Of a stretch of DNA of 64,000 nt, positions 47,501-60,053 are shown piece by piece. The stretch comes from Sphyrna mokarran (lineage: Eukaryota), in contig JAGIQG010000016.1 of assembly GCA_024679065.1 (NCBI GenBank), forward strand, positions 5,394,001-5,458,000. Direction: 5' to 3'. Both the position numbers and the translations under genes were made by a program. The number at the start of each line of letters is the position of its first letter. Within the stretch, counting starts at the first letter, position 1. The notes beneath the pieces were generated by a model. That model was given only the letters and a program-made list of their open reading frames with translations, was not told the origin of the DNA and made no database searches.

Positions 47501-49520
47501 TGCCACACAGCCTGGGATATATTTCGCCCTGCATTAGTCTCTCCATATTAATAAATCACCCAGCCCTTACACCAACTGGGGGAATTCCAATTGCTTCAGT
47601 TCCCCAGTGCGTCAATCACCCAACCCGGGGAACAAATTAAAATCAAAATGAAAATACTGCGGAGTTTCAGCAGATGAGAACAGTGAGTGCACGTGACTGA
47701 TAATCAGAGCTGGGGTGTGTGAAATGGTGACATGTCAATTAAAATGATTGAACAGTTTAATTAAGCTCAGATTTCATGACAGAACACGTTTGTCTGTTTG
47801 TTAAAGTTTAGGGTTTGTAGATATATTGCATGTTAACGGAAAACTGTTGAACTGAGTAAAATAACATTAGAGAGCAAAACAAAATGCTGGAAAATCTCAG
47901 CAGGTCTGGCAGCATCAGTGGTTAGCACTGCTGCCTCACAGTGCCAGGGATCTAGGTTCAATTCTAACCTGAGGTCGCTGTCTGGTTAGAGTTTGCACAT
48001 TCTCCTCGTGTCTGTGTGGGTTTCCTCCGGGTGCTTCAGTTTCCTCTCACGATCCAAAGATGTGTGGGTTAGGTGGATTGGCCGTGCTAAATTGCACCTC
48101 GTGTCAGGGAGACTAGGAAGGGTAAATGCATGGGGTTACGGGGATCAGAACTGGGTGGGATTGTGGTCAGTGCAGACTCGATGGGAAAAATGGCCTCCTT
48201 CTGCATTGTAGGCTTCTATGATCATCTATGTTTAGCCCAGTCACTAGAGAGCAGTGTTGCTCTCCACAGAGCTGAGAATTGGAGTCTGAAGTGTGAGACT
48301 GAGGGAAGGAGAGCAGCTTTTGAAATGAGGCTTTGGTAAAGGATTAACAATAATTGAGGCAGGGAATGAGGATAAACAGAAAAGAGAAAGAAGGGAGAGG
48401 GGACCATGTCGAGATTGGATTGGGGGATGACTGAGCAAGACCAGTCAAGAAAGAAGACAACGTTGACAATCAGCGGATAAAGAGAAAGAGAAGATTTTCT
48501 TAAAGTTTATTTATTACAAATAAGGCTTACATTAGCACTGCAATGAAGTTACTGTGAAATTCCCCTCGTTGCCACCTCTTCAGGTCAATGCACCTAACCC
48601 AAAACGCCTTTCAGACTGTGAGAGGAAACTGGAGCACCCAGAGGAAACCCACGCAGACACAGGGAGAACGTGCAAACTCCACACAGACAGTGACCCAAGG
48701 TGGGAATCGAAGCTGGGTCCCTGGCGCTGTGCGGCAGGAGTGCTAACCACTGTGCCACCGTGCCGGACTCGGGAAGGACAGTAAGATAAATGAGTGGGTC
48801 AGATCAAGAGTAGGGGTTGAGGAGTCAAAAGGGTTTCTGAAAAGAGCAAGAGAAAGTTGGGTAGGTGATGGCCCAATGGTATTATTGCTGGACTATTAAT
48901 CCAAAAACTCAGCAAATTTTCTGTGGACCGAAGTTCGAATCTCACCTTAATTCCATAACAAAATCTGGAATTAAGAATCTACTGATGACCATGAAACCGT
49001 TGTCAATTGCCAGGAAAACTTATCTGTTCATTAAAGTCTGTTAAGGAAGAAAATCTGCCACCCTTTACCTGGTTCTGGCTTACAGAGCCACAGCAATGTG
49101 GTTGACTCTCAACTCTCCTGGGGCAACTAGGGATGGGCAATAAATGCCGGCCCCAGCCAGCGAAGCCCCCACATCTCAGGAATGAATGAAGAAAAGATGA
49201 TGTGGAGATTCCGACGTTGGACTGGGGTGGACACGTTAAGAAGTCTCACAACGCTAGGTTAAAGTCCAACAGGTTTATCACGAGCTTTCAGAGTGCTGCT
49301 CCTTCATCAGGTGAGTGAAGGGGTAGGTTTCACAAACACAGCAGGAATAGACAAAGGCAAAATGCGCGATAATGGTTGGAATACGAGTCTTAGCCACTTG
49401 CTTACAATTGTGTATTTGTGTGACATTATATGGGTACATCACAATTCTGAGCCACCCATTACCTCCACAAGTTTGGAAATTTACACAGTGAAATTCTCAA
49501 TGGGTTGAGCAAATATTTAC

Positions 49521-49624
49521 CCTTAACAAGAATAGGTTCTTGCTGCAGAATTGGCTTCCGCAATACATCTGAGGATAACACCTTTTTTCACCATCATAGC
49601 ATGTTATGGTCACTATTTGTGGGT
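49521..49624 (-). pseudogene. Third Ig domain, first half-exon, copy R
   Basis: YPQIVTITCYDGEK, then (+1) GVILRCIAEANSAARTYS; AG/GT boundaries present. Confidence 0.7.
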
Positions 49625-50686
49625 CTATGAGAGAAATCATTGCGTTATGTGGTCAGTGCTCTCAGTGTAGCAAAAAATCCAACTTTGTACATTTGTAGAA
49701 GTGGCTGTAGCAACAGGAAGCAGTTATTAACTATACGATGCCTAAATAGTAAAAAGTGATCATTTTTGATCTTGCATGACCCCTGCGTGTTTGAATAACA
49801 AAGGAAGCCAGCACAGTTTAACAGGTTTCCTGGAAAATATGACTTCCACAAACGCTCACTCCCTCCTTCACTGAAGCACAAGATGCATTGCAGCAACTCA
49901 CCAAGGCACCTTACAAACTCACTGCCATCGAGAAGGACAAGGGCTGCAGATACTTGGGGAACAGCACCATCCGGAGATCCCCCTCCCAATCGCTCACCAT
50001 CCTCGCTTGGAAAAACGTCGGCCGTTCCTTCGCGGCCGCTGGGTCAAAATTCTGGAATTCCCTCCCTAGCAGCACTGAGGGTGAACCTACACACCAGCAA
50101 TTGCAACCGTTCACGTAGGCAGCTTATCACCACGTCCTGAGGGGACAGTAAGGGATGGGTAATAAGCGCTGATCCACTTACATTCTACAAATAAAATTTT
50201 GAAAAACGTGTTCCCATAAATCTTGTCACAAAATCCGTTCTGCACTACAATAAGCAGCTGCATTGATGTAGCAATTTTCACTTTTTTTTATTCATTCGTG
50301 GGACATGGGCATTGCTGGTTAGGCCAGCATTTATTGTCCAACCCTAGTTGTCCTTGAGAAGGTGGCAGTGAGCTGCCTTCTTGAATCGCTGCAGTCCATG
50401 TTCTATGCGTTAACCCACAATGTTGTGGAGAGGGAATTCCAGGATTTTGACCCAGTGAGGGTGAAGGAACGGCCGATATATTTCCATTACAGGAAGGTGA
50501 GTGGCTGGGAGGGGAACTTGCAGGTGGTGGCATTCCCTTGTATCTGCTGCCCTTGTCGTTCTAGGAGGAAGTGATCACGGGTTTGGAAGGTGCCGTCTAA
50601 GGATCTTTGGTGAATTGCTGTGGTGCATCTTGTAGATAGTACACACGGCTGCTACTGAGTGTCGGCGGTGAAGGGATTGAACGTTT

Positions 50687-51223
50687 TGGTTGCCCCATTC
50701 GAGGAAGGATATATTGGCCTTGGAGGGGGTGCAGAGAAGATTCACAAGGTTGATACCGGAGATGAGGGCGTTGGATTATGAGGAGAGACTGAATAGGCTA
50801 GGTTTGTACTCTTCGGAGTTTAGAAGGCTGAGAAGGGATCTTATAAAGACGTATAAGATAATGAAGGGGATGGATAGGGTAGAGGTTGAGAGACTCTTCC
50901 TGCTTAGCAAATATAGCAAGACTAGAGGGCACAGCCTCAAGACTGGGGGGGGAGGGTTCAGATCAGAGTTGCGGAGGGGGTTCTTCACGCAAAGGGTGGT
51001 GAATCTTTGGAATTCTCTGCCTGATGAGGTGGTGGAGGCTTCCTCACTGAATATGTTCAAGTCAAGAGTGGATAGGTTTTTAATTGAGAAGGGAATTAAG
51101 GGTTCCGGGGAGAAAGCGGGAAAGTGGTACTGAACCACTACAGATCAGCCATGATCTTATTGAATGGCGGGGCAGGCTCGAGGGGCTGAATGGCCGACTC
51201 CTGCTCCTATTTCTTATGTTCTT
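50687..51223 (+). mobile_element. Young CR1 3' end, right arm only, TSD ACGTTT
   Basis: Open ORF 50690-51133; ACGTTT at 50681-50686 and 51224-51229; empty site at ~33428. Confidence 0.93.
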
Positions 51224-51803
51224 ACGTTTGTAGGTGTGGTGCCAATCAAGCGGGGCTGCTTTGTCCTGGATGGTGTCGAGCTTCTTGAGTGTTGTTGGAG
51301 CTGCACCCATCCAGCCGAGTAGGGAGTATTCCATCACACTCCTGACTTATGCCTTGTAGATGGTGAATGGGTTTTGGGGAGTCAGGAAGTGAGTTAACCA
51401 CTGCAGTATTCCCAACCTCTGATCTGTCTTGTAGCCACTGTGTTTATGCGTGAGTCCAGTTGAGTTTCTGGTCAATAGTAACCCCAATAATGTTGACAGT
51501 GGGGGATTCAGTGATGGTAACACCATTGAATATCAAGAAGTGGTGGTTAGAGTACCTCTTACTGCCACTGCCTGGCATTTGTGTAGCGTGAATGTTACTC
51601 GTCACTATTTCTGAAACCAAAATTCACCAAAGTTAAAATAACCTCGAATTTCTGCAAACAAGTAATTTTAATAATTGTACACCCACCAGATATTTGCTTA
51701 AATCTGTGCTCTGGAACAATATATTAGTCTTTGACTTACTTAATATATTTACTTGGGTTTACAAATGAATGGGTGATGAAATCAAACAAAATCGCTTATT
51801 CCA

Positions 51804-52515
51804 CAGGGTGCAGAGGGACCTGGGTGTCCTTGTGCAGGAATCTCAAAGAGTTGGTTTGCAGATGCGGCAGGTAATTGAGAAAGCAAATAGAATTTTGTCT
51901 TTCGCTGCTAGAGTTTAAAAAACAGCGAGATTATGTTGCAGCTGTATAAGGTGTTGGTGGGGCCATACCTGGAGTACTGTGTACAGTTTTGGTCTCCTTA
52001 CTTGAGAAAGGATATACTGACACTGGAGGGGGTGCAGAGGAGATTCACTAGGTTGATTCCGGAGTTGGGAGGGTTGGCTTACAAGGAGAGACTGAGTAGA
52101 CTGGGGCTACACTCATTGGAATTCAGAAGAATGAGAGGAATCTTATAGAAGCATACAAGATAATGAAGGGAATCGATAAGATAGAAGCAGGGAAGTTGTT
52201 TCCACTGGCGGGTGAGACTAGCACTAGGGGGCACAGCCTCAATATAAGGGGGAGCAGATTTAGGACTGAGTTGAGGAGGAGCTTCTTCACACAAAGTGTT
52301 GTGAATCTGTAGAATTCCCTGCCCAGCTGAGGCTGCCTCATTGAATATTTTTAAGGCAAGGATAGATAAATTTTTTGAACAGTAAAGGAATTATGTGTTA
52401 GGGTGAGTGAGCGGGTAAGTGGAGCTGAGTCCATGAAGAGATCAGCCATGATTTTATTGAATGGCAGAGCAGGCTCGAGGGGCCAGAAGGACCACTCCTG
52501 CCCTTAGTTCTAATG
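51804..52515 (+). mobile_element. CR1 3' fragment, right arm only
   Basis: YLEYCVQFWSPYLRKDI; empty site at ~32872. Confidence 0.88.
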
Positions 52516-52650
52516 TTCCCAACCTCTGAGAAACCCTATCATTGCAGATACCGAGAAATTCAGTGAGATAACCTTGTTCCAATTGAGTAGAAGTTTGCTA
52601 CAGTGGGTCTATAATTGGATTGAATTATTTGTCTTTGTACAGGGACTTAC

Positions 52651-52917
52651 AGAAGATTATTAATTCCATTGTCAACGTAAGGTTGCTACGCGATGCTGGG
52701 TGGAGAAAACACAAGAGACATTTTTGACCGTCAGTGGAATGAATGGGTACCAACTTGTCCAGGCTGGTGACAATTGTTGTTCCATTGTCACTTTTATTCT
52801 GTTCCTTGGAGATTGGAAATCCACCTGATCCTGGTTGGAGGGTTCCCTTTGGCTGACACACATTTTGCCACAGGCACTTCTGAAAGACCAATTGTGTCAT
52901 TGTGTTGATGGGATTTA
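52651..52917 (-). pseudogene. Nectin-type C-domain exon, copy R (internally frameshifted)
   Basis: Splice sites CCTAG| and T|GTAAGT are intact. The ancestral frame gives EVPVAKCVSAKGNPPTRIRWISNLQG, then DNGTTIVTSLDKLVPIHSTDGQ. The exon is 27 nt shorter than in copy L. Confidence 0.8.
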
Positions 52918-54860
52918 CTAGGGGGGGATTAACCAGAAACCGGTTCAGTGTCAGTTTCAATATCTTGTCATTAAAATAGAACAGAAACATGAAACAGATG
53001 AATATGTCAATGCCCCCAAATGTTAAATAGCCCAATGGACTCCCAGATCCCTCTGCACTGCAGCTTTCTGCAGTCTTTCTCCATTTAAATAATATTAAGC
53101 ATCTTTATTCTTCCTACTAAAGTGCGTAACTCCACATTTTCCTTATATTACAATCCATCAGTTTATTTTCCCAACTCACTTAACTTGGTTGTATCCCTCT
53201 GGAGGCCAAACGGCTGAGAATCATTGGCCTCCCAGCCGTGTGATTCCCCTGGGCGGGAGGAGGAATGTTGTTTGATAATGGCAGGAAATTCTGCCACCCC
53301 CAATCTCAATGAGAACTCTCATTGGTATCATTTCCCCCTGCCCCTCTCGGGGGGGGGGGGAAATCTGCACGCAAGGGTGGGCTACCGGTGGGACTGGAAA
53401 ACCCTGCTGGAGAATTCAGCCTTTGTGCCCTCCTTGGCACTTGCCTTCCCACCTATCGATGTGTCGTGTGCAAACTTGGCATCAGTCTCTTCGCTTCCCT
53501 CATCCAAGTCATTAATATTTATTGTAAGTAACTGTGGCTCCAGCACTGATCCCAGCGACTCTCCTCGAGTTACATTGCGGACTGCGACCCTCCCAGAGTG
53601 GGAGAAGGTGGATATAATGGACTTTAATCACCTCACATTCACAACCTCCTTTTCAATGAAAGCTTCCTACATGAGCAGAGAATAATCAAGTATCACATTT
53701 GTGACCCTGTACTAAAACTGACCATGGGGGCTAACACAGACTTAGAATGAAGAATTGAAAATGTGCAACACTTCTTGTTGATAACTGCGGGGAGTGGCGG
53801 GGGGGGAACAAATTCACTTCAATATTCATCCCACATAGAATAGAATGCCTGCAGTGCAGAAGGAGGCCATTCAGCCCATTAAGTCTGCATTGACAACAAT
53901 CCCGCTCCAGCCCTTATATCCACAAATTTACTCCGCTAATCCCTCTAACCTGGACACCCCAGGATACCGTGGGCAATATAGTGTGGCCAATCAACCCCTA
54001 ACCCACACATCTTTGGACTGAGGAAAGAAACCAGAGCCCCCGGAAGGAAACCCACGTAGACAGTGACCCAAGCAGGGAATCAATCAAACTCAGGTCCCTG
54101 GAGCTGTGAAGCAGTTGTGCGAATCATTGTGCCACACTTACCTTCCCACTTATTTTTGTGTCATTCACATCCCCAATATAGGATTGTTAGGCATCACTAC
54201 AGATAAATCTTCAATATTCCAGGAGGAATACAGTCCTACACATTCACCATTTTCCTATGTATTCCAACAAGGAATAACGTGTAGTCGCACATTTCTGTTG
54301 CAGGATGTCTATCCTAGTAATGAGAGAAGCCTAATCAATCCATTTTAAAATAATCCTAAAATTAATTATTGGTCACAAAATAGGCTTACATTAACATAGC
54401 AATGAAGTTACTGTGAAAATCCCCTCGTCGCCACCTGTTTGGCACAGCGAGGGAGAATTTAGCATGTGCCAATGCGCCTAATCAGGAAACCAGAGCATCC
54501 AAAGGAAACCTACACAGACGGAGAAATTGCAGAGTCCACGCAGGCAGTGACCCAAGCTCGGAATTGAAGCTGGGTCCCTGGCGCTGTGAAGCAGCAGTGC
54601 TAACCACTGAGCCACCGTATTGTCCTCCCACTCACAACCATGCGGTAACCGCTAACCACATATTTCATTACAAACTCTCTGATGCATTTCTGAGCTCGAA
54701 TGTGGCTGGATTCAAACATGAGAACGATGCAGCAATATCCTGGTGATGTTTGCAGAAGTATTCAGTTCTCACAATGTAATACACTGCCCCATTCCTCCTC
54801 CCCAACCCGATTTTTACACTGGCCTCCACGCATCAATAATGCCCCTGGCAAAATATATAC

Positions 54861-55160
54861 CTCCAACGATCAAATTCATTGTTTTCCTTTGTATTTCTTG
54901 AGACAATGAAGAGATCTCACAAATATACATTCCCTCATCCTGCATTTGCAAAGAATTTAATAGAATGGATCCATCCAATTGTTTCTGAAGACTGGAATAA
55001 TGCGGATTTGGGAAGTTAATCCCGTTCTGAGGTCTGTGCACAACAATATCATTCTCTTCAATATCCCTCTTCCAGGCAATGTACATTAATGTTGTGATGT
55101 ATCCTGTTCCTTGGCAGGGGAGTAGCGAGTCTGTTCCAGCAAAAGCTGTGAGTGTCACCC
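54861..55160 (-). CDS. Ig V-set exon, copy R (intact)
   Basis: VTLTAFAGTDSLLPCQG...IAWKR...GSILLNSLQMQDEGMYICEISS...MNLIVG+G|GTATAT, with the canonical D-x-G-x-Y-x-C motif. Confidence 0.88.
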
Positions 55161-57398
55161 CTGTAACCTGGCAGTAACTGCAAGAACAACTCGCATTGAA
55201 TCCATTAGCAAACCTTCCAGGAGCTGTTTCACTTTCAATTCAGGTTCAAACTCTCATTAAAGCAGCAAAATCCTCAACAGTTTCAGAAGTGCAACTGCAC
55301 AGAATCACTCCGGCAACATCAGTAAAAGGGACATGCTAAACTGTGGAGGCATCACTGACCAGAATTCCCGGCAGCAAGAATGGAAAATCTGGCGCTCTCT
55401 GTCCGCGGCAGCGGGTCTGGAGTATCCCAGCTGCGGGCGAGGCTGGAGAATACAGTGATGAGAGTATACCAGCGATGGAGAACAATTTCTCCCGGGGATT
55501 CCTGCACAGGTTTTTTGGAATCAAACACAAGTGCGGCCAAACTGAGACAAGAGTCTGTGAGTAAAGTGGGCAATATACTCTCAGTCTCTGGAGTACATTT
55601 CCAATCCCTTCTCCGATAGCAAAGAGCAGCAACTGATGGGGCATCGCTTCATTATCCAGCACATGTCAAATCTTAGAATCTCTACTGTGCAGAAGGAGGC
55701 CATTCAGCCCATCAATTCTGCCCCGACCACAATCCCACCCAAGTCCTATCCCCATAACTCCACTTATTTACCCTGCTAATTCCCCGATACTAGGGTCAAT
55801 TTAGCACGGCCAATCAACCTAACCCACACATCTTTGGAGTGTGGGAGGAAACGGGAGCACTTGGAGGAAACCCATCCAGACACGGGGAAAACTCCGCACA
55901 GAAAATCACCCAAGGCCAGAATTGAACCCAAGTACCTGGCACTGTGAGACAGCAGTGCTTAACCACTGTGCCTCCCTGCTGTCCCAATGGGGCAAATAAT
56001 GGAATTTCAGGGGGGAAAATTGTAGGGATGTGGGAAAGCAGCAAGTGCCCGGAAAATGGTGTTCTGCTATTCCGATTTTGATGGTACTTCAAACACCATC
56101 CCCCGACCGAGGACGTGAAAGGGGCCCAAATAATCCTGCAGTGAGCTACTGCCTCCTTGTCTCTTCCAGGATAACCCCAGGAACTGTCCCATCACATTGC
56201 TAAAGCTATTGGCAAAAGAAGCAGATGGGATGTTATTTTTTCACACAGCAAGCAGCTTGGTTCTGGAATGTTCTGCCTCAAAGTGTGGTGGAGGCAGGTT
56301 CAATTGAGGAATTTCAGAGAGTATGAGATGATTATTGAATAGAAGCAGCGTGCAGGGGTTCAGGGAAAGACAGGAGGATGGCAGTAAGTCATGATGCTTA
56401 TTTGTTGAGCTGATACAGGACGATGGGCTGAATGGCCTCCTTCTACACTGTAATAATTCTGTGATTAAGGACATATGACCTTCATTTGAAATTTATTTTT
56501 TTGCCACTGCAACTGCGGGTTAGGATTTTCACCCAATAGCAGAATTTCCCAACAACACTCAAGACTACACATCATCCAGGACAAATTAACCCCACTTGAT
56601 TGGCATCCTATCCACACTCACTCACTCCCTCCACCACCGTCACACAGTGGGAGCTGGATGTACAGTCCACAAGATGCACTGCAGGAACTCACCAAGGTTC
56701 CTTAAGCAGCACCTTCCAAACCCACAGGCACTGGTGGACCCAGTGAGTAACAAAATCTCCAAGATTCATTAATTAAGGGGTTTAAAGTTTGTGCTCAAAG
56801 ATCAGTAAATAATGTCAAGCAAACACAAGGGACCAAATGGGCTGTCACTGTCATATTTGATAATCTTCATTTTATATAGACTCTCACACACACTCACTCA
56901 CTCACTCACACACACTCACACAAAACACACTCACACACACAAAACAAAAACACACACACACACACACATGCACTCACTCACACACATNNNNNNNNNNNNN
57001 NNNNNNNNNNNNNNNNNNNNNNNNNNNNNNNNNNNNNNNNNNNNNNNNNNNNNNNNNNNNNNNNNNNNNNNNNNNNNNNNNNNNNNNNNNNNNNNNNNNN
57101 NNNNNNNNNNNNNNNNNNNNNNNNNNNNNNNNNNNNNNNNNNNNNNNNNNNNNNNNNNNNNNNNNNNNNNNNNNNNNNNNNNNNNNNNNNNNNNNNNNNN
57201 NNNNNNNNNNNNNNNNNNNNNNNNNNNNNNNNNNNNNNNNNNNNNNNNNNNNNNNNNNNNNNNNNNNNNNNNNNNNNNNNNNNNNNNNNNNNNNNNNNNN
57301 NNNNNNNNNNNNNNCACACGTGCTCACACACTTACAAATAGACATACATACACACACACAAACACACATACACACACCTACCCACGCACACACACATT

Positions 57399-57953
57399 GG
57401 GCCCAATTTTACTACATTGATTCTGTGTTGGGTGGACTTAGAACTGGGAATATTTCTGTACCATCTCTTAGATCAAATCTCAGGCGCCTCCATTCTGCCT
57501 GAAGAAATAGCAGCGATTGTGAATCGTGCTGTAGAAACCTGTGGGTGGAGTTATCGGCCCTGAAACACTGCAGCTCCAATCGGAGCAAAAACATCCCCTG
57601 ACACATCACTCCCGGGCTGGATAACACCTCTCCCCGAACCCACACAGATATTGTTCCACGCTCACAACATAACTGACCCCCCTATCCCCCTACCCTCCCG
57701 TGACCCAGACCGGCCATGACCCCCCCTGACCTCCTCCCCTCACCCGGGGGGCCTTCGGAACCCGCCTCCGTCTCCTCCACCGGGGAATCACCTGACCCAC
57801 CTCGGGGATGGTCTCGATGGTGACCATTTTCAGCCATTGGCGAAGAGGGAACCGGGTGCGAAGGAGGGCGCGGATTGTGCTGCTCACCTTGCGCCCGACT
57901 TTACCAGGCTTCAGCGCCCGAAAACAGGCGCAACCGGATGGTAAAATCAGACC
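57399..57953. mobile_element. Possible GC-rich non-autonomous DNA transposon (MITE-like)
   Basis: Imperfect terminal inverted repeats GGCCCAATTTTAC / GTAAAATCAGACC inside a CA-repeat tract. Confidence 0.4.
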
Positions 57954-59062
57954 ACCCTTCCTCATGCACGCCCGCGTAATAAAACACATGCACTCACGCA
58001 CACTCACAGACACAATATATATGAATCTACTTGTGCACTCATAAATATCATCGATCGCAATGTTCGGTGATAATTGCATAATATTCAGTACCATCCATCA
58101 CTGCTCAGGTATCGTTATGTGCAGCAAAAGCAACGTTCATGGTTTAACCAGCAAGAGAAAAGTAAGATTGGTATCACACAAGATCCCCACACTGGGCATC
58201 TCCACCTAGAGAGATTCCAACTATTTCCCCTTGAAATTCAACTCAATCGCATTGCTGGATCCCGAACTGTTAACATCCTGGGAATTGTTATTGGCCAGAA
58301 ACTCAACTTAAGCAGTTATATAGATACACGAGGAGGTTAAAGACAGGGAATTCTGAACGACTAACTCTTCCGAACCTGCCCTGCGCCTACAAAGCACCAG
58401 TAAAGGATGGAATGGAATTCTGTCTACTTGCCTTGAATGAGTGAATGAATAAGAAGTTCGACACCATCCAGGACAAAACACTCGCTTGATCGGCATCCCA
58501 ACCACAAACGTTCGATCCCTCCACCACCACGGAGTCATGTGCGTTATCTACAAGATGGGCTGCAACAAATCACTGATGTTCCAGCAACTTCCAAACTCAC
58601 GGCTGCTATCACCTGGAAGAAGTCTCCCAACACCAGGTTTAAGTCCCGGTTTAAACCTGGTGTTGTGAGACTTCTTACTGCGTTCACTCCAGTCCAACAC
58701 CGGCATCTCTACATCATAACCATCTAGAAGGACACGGGAAGCAGATTCCTAGGAAGACCATCACTTGGCAGTCCCCCTCCGAGTCACTCACCATCCGGGC
58801 TTGGAAATATATTGGCTACTCTTCACTGCAGCTGGATCGAGATCCGGGAACAGCGCGATGGGCGCTCCTACATCTCAGGGATGGCAGCGGTTCAATAATA
58901 ATTACAGATGGGAAATAAACACTGATATTTCCAGCCCACGTGACATGAAGCAACTAAAATGAAAAGTTTCTGATGTTTTCAAGCAGAATTTAACGAGCAG
59001 AGACACGGACTTTCCAGAAACAAAAACTACCCCAAATAACAAATTGTGCGCTGGAAACTCAC

Positions 59063-59102
59063 CACAGAGGAGTGCGAGAATTACAATTAAATTCCAAACC
59101 AT
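59063..59102 (-). CDS. Leader exon, copy R
   Basis: Identical to copy L: MVWNLIVILALLC+G|GTGAGT. Confidence 0.8.
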
Positions 59103-60053
59103 TGCTGCTATTTTGCATTGGGATCATCCGCCTGTGTTTCTACAAGAAATAGAATCGAGAAACGTTCGGGGAGAATGGGACCTCACAATGTTATCCCAAC
59201 AAACCTCATCTGCTTTCTTCCCCACTGCCGCTTTGTCATTATGTTCAAATATTGATGCACGATAAGCATTTTCTCTTTATTCACACATCCTGCAGCTTAA
59301 TTTCTGCTGGCAACCCCATCTCACAGGAGAGGCGCTGACAGTAAGAGACAGGCTTGTAATGTTCTCCTCTCGCTCTGTGTTGTGACAGGTACACAACTGC
59401 AACATGTTCGATAATAAAACTAACCAGAAACAGAAAATGCTGGAACATTGATAACTGTATCGGTGACACTTCATGTTCTCTTCTGGGTCTGGAAAAAAAT
59501 GATCAATTTCTATCCCTCTGTCATCTTCACAGGGTCCATCTGTGATGCTTCCTTTCCCTTCCTTGACCTCTCTGTCTCCATTTCTGTCCACCATTATCCA
59601 TTGCAAGCACACCAGCTCCCCCCAGCCACCATAACTACATCTCTTCACACCTCATATCCCGTGAGACTCCATCCCATTCCCTCAGTTCCTGAGCCTCTGT
59701 CGCATCAATTCCAATGATGCCCCTTTCCAAAATGGAGCAGCTGATAAGTCTTCCTTCTTCTGTAATCATGGCTTCCCGTCCACCGTGATTGACAGGGCTC
59801 TCAACTATGTCCGACCCATCTCCCACATCCCAGCCCTTCCTGTCCCTGTTGTGAATTATGTCAATCGCCTTGTTTGCATTATCCGGGGTTTTTCCAGAGA
59901 AGGGGACAGACCTGGATTCTCTGGCTCAGGGAAGTACCATGGAACCATTGAATGCCTGGAGTGCAGAGGAAGGTTGTTCAACCCCTGCCTCTCAGAGAGA
60001 ACGTCTCATACAAGCCCATACCTCGCTCTATCAATATAATCCTCAGCATCCAC

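Larger units (their letters stand above)
43192..59102 (-). pseudogene. Nectin/PVR-like Ig-superfamily receptor, copy R (leader, V, C, split C, TM); probably a pseudogene
   Basis: Exons 59102-59063, ~55160-54861, 52917-52651, 49624-49521, 47010-46874 and 43293-43192. Leader and V are intact; the C exons carry frameshifts; the TM donor is GT>AT. Confidence 0.8.
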
